DNA of 64,000 nt from Tubulanus polymorphus (taxonomy: Eukaryota; Animalia; Nemertea): positions 9,952,451 to 10,016,450 of the forward strand of contig NC_134035.1 of NCBI RefSeq assembly GCF_964204645.1, given 5' to 3'. This document shows positions 54,878 to 64,000 of this stretch, in pieces. The position numbers were made by a program, and so were the translations under genes. How positions within the stretch are numbered: position 1 is the stretch's first letter; each line of letters opens with the position of its first letter. The notes under the pieces were generated by a model. That model saw only the letters and a program-made list of their open reading frames with translations, had not been told where the DNA came from and made no database searches.

Positions 54878-57800
54878 TTATTCGGCGGCTTCTCGTGCTG
54901 CTTCCTCGGCCGCTGCCTCCTTAGCTGCTTCTTCGAAAGGATTCGGCAAGCCTTCTTTTTCCCAGGACGGTAAAATTCGCGCCGTTTCTTCGGCGAATAT
55001 TGGGCCTGTAAAAACGTCTTTTCGTTCGCCGTAATTTCGTCTATCCGTGTGCCGTTCGTATTTGCTGCATAATTGGATCTTCGGCTTTAAATGGATCGGG
55101 TTTTACATACATTATCATGACGTATACTCGAGGAAGAATTAGATCGAGTAAAAATAACCGAAAAATGCACTTTTGTCTTCGTTCGTATTTCTGGAGCTAT
55201 GTATTTCATTATGGAAGTTTGATTCGAAAAATCGAACTTGAAAATCGACATCAGTATCAAAAGTTGATTACTTACTGGAGCTCCGGCAAATCTTTGAGAC
55301 ATTGGATCCTCACTGGAGTGAAAAGAAATGTTGTTTGATATATGACAAAATTCTGTGAGTTAGTAAAACTACAACTTTTATATCATTTTCGAGAAGCGAA
55401 CTTGTACTTACTCGTCGCCTCCTTCACCGCCAACGACCTTTTGTTTTTGTCTGAAAAAGACAAAGATGATTATTTAAAAAACCGCCATGCTCATATGGAA
55501 TATATCGATCGATAAGGCTGGTGTGTTGGTCTAACAAACGTGTGTACTGGGACGAATTCTCAACCTGTTGTTCGCTTTGTCTCTTTGTCAGTAAAGCCCG
55601 TTACTGCTGCAAAGACGGGCGCCGAATATAACCACGACTCGAAACTTACCCTTTGTTCATCTGTCTAGCGCGTTCGGCAAGTTCCGACATCTAAAAAGTA
55701 GATTGCGTACTCATTTCATATTCACTAAAGTCCATTTCAAACAAAATGCGCTTCGGGTCGAGCCCCGAAAGATTCGATGCTAACAGAAGTAGGCTAGCAG
55801 TAGAAGACATAATAAGGAAAGCCCCTTCCAATATTAATATTAAGGAACATCACCCCTGGAAATAAGAAGGGAGTCACACATTCTGAAGACCTGATCGAAC
55901 AACAGCACTAACAACTCACCTCGACATTCTTCGTCTTACACTGGTTCTCCAAATCGTATTTGTCACCGACCAAAGCAATCAACCGGTCGTGCAGTTCCTT
56001 GGCTTTCTCTTTCAACTGATCTACTCCTAAACCAGAGATATCCAATGGCTGCACTCTCTGGGCCAGGATGGCTTGTTTCTCGGCTTCCAACTGTTCTTTT
56101 GATTTAGTGACCTCCTCCTTTGAAACGTCAGCCTGTATCGAACAAAGCAGAGATGAAAATCAATATAAGCATCTCATGGATGAAGCGTTCATATTTTTGT
56201 CTTTGCTCCTCAAACATTTTGTCACACGACCTAGATGATAATAATGTCGCGGAAAGAGATATTCGTGACAATTTGTATGAATCCTGGAATAAAAAGAGAA
56301 TTTTTATGAACACAAAGCGCTTGGAGCAAGGCGCGTAGCATAGCGTGGAGATATCGAGAGGGCACGAATATTGTTTCAGAGAGTTTGAATTAACGGTTTT
56401 TGTTCTATCGATGTTAGAAGAGCTAATAGAGACATTAATTATTAGGACACTTAGTTGTTTAACTGAATCTTTAAAAACAACGAACTGGATCGAAACAGTT
56501 GGGTATAATGAACTACGTAACAACTCATCCGAAACGAAATAAATCACGGACTTTCCACAGAAATTGTACAAAATTATGGATAGAACACAAAGATAATCAA
56601 TTCGCTAATACAAACATTTTACGATTTTAGTTTTAAATTGAAAATGTTCTTCAACATTTTCTGATATTTCTGATGATACTTTATCGCTCTCCCGTCGAAG
56701 CGGTTGTTTTCAACTTATTGAAATATGAAAGGAAAACAACTAAAATTCTCGATTATTTAGAAAGACTAAAGGCGCATATTGCCAACGCAGCGCTGCGTGG
56801 GATGATCCCAGGTACTCAAATACTATCACTGAAATAAAACGGAAATGAAACTCAGTCGGTTTACACCGGGTAGGATGTATATGGAACAACAACTGAATTA
56901 CAGAGGGCGAAACATGGTCACTTCTATGTCTATGGTTCAGCTATACTGGTCATGCATTGATCTTTGGAAATTCAGCCCAAGAATCTTCTACGATCGACTT
57001 TTCCGTTAGATTAGATATAAAGGTTCCGTATACTAAAACGTTAAACAGAACAGCGGTGCCACCAAGTGCTAATCAATAAATTCTTGGACTGAGTTTCGCT
57101 GCTATGGATTTTTCACCTGATAGTCATCATATGACCGGTTTGCTACCTGAATCAACTCGCTGGAATATTTCGGATCGTCCTGTAAGAGAGATTATCGAAA
57201 TATCCGGCTCATTTCTAGCGACTATACACGCAGACGATGGTCTGAACTCAGCGGCGCTATCAGAGGCGACAGCAGATTAAAGCGCAGCGATTACAAGCAA
57301 TAAAGCACATGCTAAAGCACATATTATTATAATTTTCTTTAAATACATATCCAACTACATATCCATTTCTAGATTACGTTTTCGTAAAGATTTGATGATT
57401 AATCATAACCACGACGTATCCAGACAAAGATTTTCACTTACATCTTGAGCCCCACTTCCAGATTTCTTTGTGATTGAGAAGTTCCTCTTGCCAAGATTTT
57501 TTGTACGTTCTTCGGCTTCCATGCGTTGCTGTTCTCGGGCAGCCCATTTGGCTGCTTCTTTCTCCGCCTTTACCCTCTGTCGCTCTTCCTTTTAAAAACA
57601 TAGCATAATTTTTTCTTGTGAAGGACATGCTTTTTGAATATTGTAAATTTGTGTAATATCTTCGCTGTGTATTATTGTGATTTTAAGAGCCGCGAATCGG
57701 AACTGACGGTTATGGTTTTTCAGATTTACTATTTACCTCCTCGGCACGTCTTTTCTGATCATCGGCTTGACGCTTCTCGGCCAGAAGACGCTCCTCTTCC

Positions 57801-60800
57801 AGACGTTCTTGCTTGCGAACCTCCTAGTTAACAGAACATGAACAATTTGTTTATGAACATGCCGCGTCGAATCAAAGCTAGCAAAGAACGAACTTTGTAC
57901 AATCATGATTGGCTTGATTATTTAATCTTTTTCTATGATATCATGAAATAAAAACGTGGCCTAGTCATTCCAAATTAAGAAACGCATTACCCTTTTCTCC
58001 CTTAATTCAGCGATCTCTCGTTCCATAGTTTCTCTTTCTTCTTTTCTCATTTCTTCATATTCACGGATTTCTTCCTCCATCTTAGCCTTGTCTTTTTCCT
58101 TCTTTTCCTAGGATGACAAAGCAATGAAAATTTTGTATCAAAACCGTAGCATTTCTTTGATATCGTTTGAATTATCCTAGTTATCTGTATCTACAATAGC
58201 ATAGAAGAGTATACACAAAAAGAGAGAATTTCTAAAATAATCCAACTTACGTCCATCATCATCTGTGCCTCAGAACGTCCACTATCATCAGCCTGAGGTC
58301 TGAAAATCAACAGTTAAATGTTGTTTTATGAATATAACACGAATTGATGATTTTCACTGTCGAGGATCGATGTTATATTATAAAGCGTGTATTCATACTT
58401 TTATATTACTTGGGTTGTCTATCAGTTACTTTGATTTAACTGTTTTATCTATTTTCATTGATCAAACGTGAACTAAACTATATAAACTAAACTAAAGTTA
58501 AACTTATTATTTTCATAGAATCTTTAGTGAACTATAAGGGGCCAGTCGACGGTTGTTGTTGTTTTTTCTTTTTTCTTTTAGAACTGAATTGTTTTTTCAA
58601 GCGAAGTAAATTCATCCTATTTTTTCGAGATATGATGTTAGATACCACGAACACAAATATTAGAATCCTTAATGAAGGTTTTAGGGATTTTATAGAACTA
58701 TTCTACAATCTAGAAACCTACACTAAAAGCTTTGCCAACTATAGCATTAATATCATTTGAACAAGATGAATTAAGACATCAACACGCAAGATGTTTTGTT
58801 TATCCAATTAGGAATCCATTAATGTTTCGTGTAAACGCTTTTAGCATTTTCATAGAAAGAAACATGTCTTTATGTTTATAATAAGTTTCATTTAATTCTA
58901 TAACGTTTTAAAACTCTTTTGTAAATACTCTTGTACAATAACGTCATTCCATTCCGTGGTTTCGTGGAATTTGTTTTAGAAATACACATGATATGCAAAC
59001 CGACAAGTAGAGAAAATAGAAAAAGAAAACATGCCCAGGCATTTTACAGTTAAATGCAATCAATGCCTGATACAGAACATCTATGGCTGGACTCATCAAC
59101 GAGCGGTTCACGTCGGTTTTGAGTCCACGGGATTCTAAATAGTTCGCTATATCTTTCAACAAGTATTCGACCTTGCGATGTGGGTCATTCGAAGTCTTCG
59201 AAAACGAAGTTTGTCCAAAGGGCTACATGTATTTATTTAGAGAATGACTCTCCGCTAGGTTTTTATCATTCGGAACCTGATAAGGTAGGCCTACAATTTA
59301 CGACGTTTTTCCTCAATAGAGGTCTCGTATAGTATGCTTGTCAATCAGTGCTGGAGACTTTCCAGATCAGGGAGTTTACAGATTTCGAGCGTCCGTCATC
59401 GTAAATCACCTATTGGGTTTGACCACCAATATGGCGTTTGTCATTTGGAAAAAAGCGCATGTCCGCAAAGGCTGACTGCAAGAGCTTTATAACGGGGTGT
59501 ATCCCAGACTCATGAACGGACGAAGACCCGCTCGCTTTATAAGCATTGATGAAGAACATGACGTAAATGCGAGTGGACGAGTAGCCAATCAGCGACAGCC
59601 GGCTCACCGGAAACGGCGGATGCTAAACGAAAATGAAAAAAAAGAAAATAACGGGGAGAGACACATCTTCTGAAAAGCATTTGATTAATCGAAAGTAGTT
59701 ATTGAAGCGATCGAAACCCAGTTCATACGAAGTCGCAAGTGGTGTTTCCGAAGCGTGACGATTTGACCATCGCTGGTTTGAAGTGGGTTTCTTGACATGC
59801 GCGTGAAGAGATGAATAGAATGTATTATAGCTGTCATTATTCTGTCTCTCAGATTTTATGTTTGCTCAGATGAATACAGTGGTAAATAGAAATTTTGAAA
59901 CCACCACAGTCGACCTAAAAGTAAAGATAGCGTTTCACCTGCCTAAGACGAGACAAGCTGCTCATATTGTAATTCGTCGAAACATAACCGTATATGAATT
60001 GGCGTCGAATTTCCAGGGAGAATTAATTCCATTTATTGATTATATGACGGACAATGTTTCATGCATTTTTGATGCATTTGTTTGAACGATACGTTATTGT
60101 TCGTGTTAGTTTTTTTTTTTGAATGAACTCCATTACAGAAATGCTCCATGCATAAAACGGTGTCAAGAATCTCCCGCATCGTCATGTGAATCGTCCGTCA
60201 TTTAATGAAAATAATAAATGTAATTTTAAAGAAGGAAATAGTTCTGCATTAATGGTCATTCGTGAAACGATAGAGAAAAGAAGGTTTGCACTGACATCAT
60301 GACGTTTTGATCCATTATGGCCGGTCGTCAGTTATGACTTTCTAATTTCAGTGACTTTCTAACCTATTTGGACATACGGACGAGACCTCCATAAGCCCAA
60401 CGACCGTGGGAAGATTTTTTTCCGATCTAAGCTCGCGAATTGTTCGCGATAGTGAAGCACGATGATTTGAGCAACGGATCCTGGTGTCGTATGTCAAGTT
60501 AGTGGAAAGCGAAAAAAAATCTTCCCAAAGCGTATAGCGTATAGAACGTCAGTAGATGAAACGTGGAAGGTCTCTCTTCAATGTGACGAAACGATGACAA
60601 GCCTGGTGTAAGTAATGACGGAGGTCGGCGCGTACGACACAAAATGATAGCGCAGCAGCTGTTGTGGTTGTTGTTGTTGTAATGTTTGCTGGAGAATGCT
60701 CGCAGTAAGGAAACAATGACATGATAAAAACTATTATAGCGTGCATTCAACTGTTTTTGAGTTTCACTGGAATAGCCAGTTTGACATTCCGACAAGCAAG

Positions 60801-62328
60801 CCTACATATCTACCAGTCGTATTTCAATTGAAAACTTTTTAGCTGTTAGCCAGGAAGCTCATTGAGAATTTTCAGATTCTACGATTTATGATCGGGATTG
60901 AGCGACTATTCGTTGTACTGGTAGACACGTAGCGGATTGGTTTTATTAATACGAAGAGAAAGAATATATGAACGAGGCTCCATCATCCGCAGTCAGAATG
61001 AACCCTTACATTGGCTTAGGTCGTGGCGGCTCCCTGAAAGGTAGATGAAATAAAGAATTAATTAAAATCACTTCAAAATAATCATTTTCACGAAAACGTT
61101 GGAAAATGTCGTGTGTCACTTCGGTAAAAAGTTGTCAATTTCAGTATTATACGATAGTTATCGTATTGTACGGTTTTGGTTACCGCAATCCATTTTCTTT
61201 TTTAATCTTATTATCATCATCATCTCTTAATTAGATTTAAATTAGACTCAATACAAAGCGCGCTGTTTTTTAAGGCTGGTTTTATTCGATGAAATGCCAC
61301 AAGCGACGACATGACGAAACAGTTTATTACAAGCGGAGTTGTGTGCATTCCCGTGAAAACGTACGATAAAAAAAGAACGATTTATTTCGATTTGTGGAAC
61401 AACGTGATTCGTGTCCGCAATGCGTCGTGGACTTTATCAAATATTCTGATTTCGTAGACCAAATTCAAGCTATTTAAGTAAAACAATATTTTTGACGACG
61501 AAATCTGTGAATTTGAAAACTATGAAAAGATTAGTTTTTGTGTTTAAATCCCCTTACATTTCGTTCATGGAATCGTAAAAATTTGAAACGTTTAAAGAAC
61601 TATGAAAAGATTAGTTTTTGTGTTTAAATCCCCTCAAATTTCATTCATAGAATCGTAGAAATTTGAAGTATTTGAGAATTCTAAGATTTGGATGAATTAT
61701 ATATTATATCGAGTTAATTGAATCAAATACTGACAAAATATCGTTAAATATCTAAACCAAAACAAATCATTTGAGACTTTTTCTTTGTTGTTCCGCGCCG
61801 AGTGAGTTGAAAATGATGATTATTTATAAACATACACGTAAGAATGGAAATGCAACCTGACAACACAATTTTTTTACATGATTTTCAACGCGTGATTAGA
61901 GAATTGTCAATGGACGTATATTACGTGAACGCGTACTGATAAGCTGAGAATGCGGCGACGTAAGGCACATGAAATACACCACGAAAAGATGCTGAAATAT
62001 TACGAAGAGTTTTTTACGTGTAAAGTAATAAGCGACTAAGGAAAAGCATGCGCAACTCGGAGTAGTATTTTCCTCCCGTAGATAAAGCGACGAACAGTAT
62101 TTGATCTAGAAATCATGATTATACGGCAATTGGAATCAGATATGGATATTTAATTCATCAAAAAGATCTTCAAAATTTTCCTTGGCCTAAATTACGATAC
62201 AACATTCGTATTCTAACGATACATTTTCCATATCTTCTTCTCAAAGTGCCGTTCGTGTTAGGTGCAAAGAGCCAACGGACAAATAAATGCCTTACTTCTT
62301 CGGTGGTGGGGTCGGTTCCCTCTGCTCG
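54878..62328 (-). CDS. TNNT: Troponin T, invertebrate type; start exon not identified and probably outside the window
   Basis: In-phase exons 62328-62296, 61033-61010, 59622-59608, 58299-58251, 58107-57991, 57823-57737, 57588-57442, 57179-57147, 56132-55920, 55690-55650, 55450-55412, 55312-55276, 55084-54878. Motifs KSKEQLEAEKQAILAQRVQPLDI, DKYDLE, ELAERARQMNK and PKIQLCSKYERHTDRRNYGER. Confidence 0.9.
61512..61667. repeat. Tandem duplication of an ~80-bp unit in a troponin T intron
   Basis: AACTATGAAAAGATTAGTTTTTGTGTTTAAATCCCC occurs twice, 80 bp apart. Confidence 0.9.
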
Positions 62329-64000
62329 CTGTTTCGAATAAAACAAATGGTAAGCGTCTAGTTCACAAAATATGGTGAAAATCGATCGGATCCACACTCA
62401 AAATAAGCAAACGAAATATAAGGCAAGAATATATTGCTGCTAACTATGTTTCAATTTAAAATATAAGATTAAATAGATATATCTCCTTCAAGTGCCAAAT
62501 ATAATAGCTGACCAAAAACACAAATATAGTGAGTTTTTAGTACTAGAATAGAAGTTTATAGCTAGTGCTAGATGCCTAGACCGTCTACAAGCTTCGCTAC
62601 TCTAATTTCCACGGAGCTCAGATTCTCTTTCGCTTAGTAATTATCTAAAATTTTAAACCAGATTTCGGGTGTTTTTTAATCGAGTTTAAGGTTGAAAATT
62701 TGGAAAAAAAAACAATATAACCACACGCTGGGGAATGAAAAATAAATGTTTTCTGGAGCTGTGCACTGTGTTAAAAAGTGCGTACGCGAATGATCTTTGG
62801 GGTTCCTTTTCTTACTACTATTATTTCGGTATGAAATTCAAGGGTCACCACACACACCACGCACACAATATTATTATTATGAACAGGATTGGAAAAAAAC
62901 GATGTGCAAAAAAAAACACTCACGGTGTAGGATCCCGAACTGGCGAATCGTCCCTATACGCAGCGACGCGAAAGAAGTAAAGAAAGAAGAAGACAGAAGA
63001 AACGAGATAAGATTCAAGATAAGACACAAGGCAACGATATAAACTAAGACGCCATTACGTAATCGGCAGCCAATGCGAGAAACAAGAAGTCAAAATGTTG
63101 CATTTTTTGTCTTGAAATAAAAATGTTAAAGAAACTGCTACGAATTGGCCACCGATGAAAATGGCACCAGTGAATAGAGCGATAGATTGACAAAGGGATA
63201 GATAGCTAGATTTCAATATTTTTGAATAGCTTACAAGTAGAATAACAACAATATTGCAAGAAAGATTTTGTCAACACATGTGCACAATATCTAGGCAACT
63301 GATGCATTTTACTCATATCTATATTTATATTTTTACGAGGCAGTATAGCTCAGAACACATACTTTTAATGATATACAACAAACCTTTTGCTGTTTATAAT
63401 AAAAAAAAGCACAAAAAGACACAGTTTTCGTTTCAGAATATAAAAGTTACAGGTATCACACAGCATTGCGTTGTAATGCGTGTTTTCAACAAATCCGGAT
63501 TCGAACCCACTACGCTTGACTGACGTAACGTGTCTAGATTCGAATCGCGGACTTGTAAGGACAGATATAGGTAAATATTTCTTTTATAGAAATACATTTC
63601 CATAAAGTTCAAAGCGAGCGGCGTTCGTTTACAAAGCTCACAGCAAAGATCACTCACATATATGACACATAAGACATGCATTTATCGTGAGATAGAAAAT
63701 AATATGTGACGTAATATTGATATGGGATGAGTTGTGATTTGCTGTTTGGGTTTCTTTAGATTTACAGAAGTAAATTCGTAGTGCGGGTTGTTTAATGTGT
63801 TTGGGGGTGTTTCATATGTGATAAATAGATTATCAAATTGAGCGAACACTCATTTGACGTTTTACATTGTGCTGGGTTTGCATCTAAAATTATGCATTGA
63901 ATTATTGGAAATCTATGTTTAAGAAGGTATTAGTAACAGAGGTTGAGGTGATTTTAATCGTGAGGTTTTTACGAGGTAAGAAATATACATAAATTTTAAT

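Noticed and set aside
56128-56571. 147-aa minus-strand ORF within troponin T
   Set aside because: Intronic, AT-rich, with no troponin-like composition or in-phase splice sites.
63490-63555. Two GATTCGAA B-box-like motifs
   Set aside because: Too short and degenerate for a tRNA call. At most a SINE fragment.

Overview
Intron-containing, AT-rich DNA from an invertebrate animal (probably lophotrochozoan-type; the species cannot be determined from the sequence). Most ORF-track entries are exon fragments or noise, so I rebuilt gene models by hand from splice sites and reading phase. In order: a (TA)n microsatellite; a 3-exon secreted 12-Cys protein gene (SVWC/beta-microseminoprotein-like); a tandem array of six ~459-aa flavin monooxygenase genes (6 coding exons each, 5.3-28.7 kb); an intronless class A GPCR between copies 4 and 5; an uncharacterised coiled-coil/low-complexity gene; two convergent MS4A/CD20-like genes; a divergent beta-tubulin with a GC-AG intron; a BTG/Tob gene with a CRE/CCAAT/CArG promoter; two GPI-anchored Ly6/three-finger genes; and the 3' part of troponin T with phase-2 microexons. 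Two points stand out. (1) The FMOs align end to end with bacterial trimethylamine monooxygenase (mFMO/Tmm) rather than vertebrate-type FMOs. The six near-identical paralogs differ repeatedly at the substrate-pocket positions, which suggests a domesticated, expanded and diversifying oxygenase battery. (2) Two independent, TSD-flanked Penelope-like inverted-repeat insertions carrying minimal hammerhead ribozyme cores lie upstream of the Ly6 genes. Family assignments come from motif recognition and recalled reference sequences; no database search was run.
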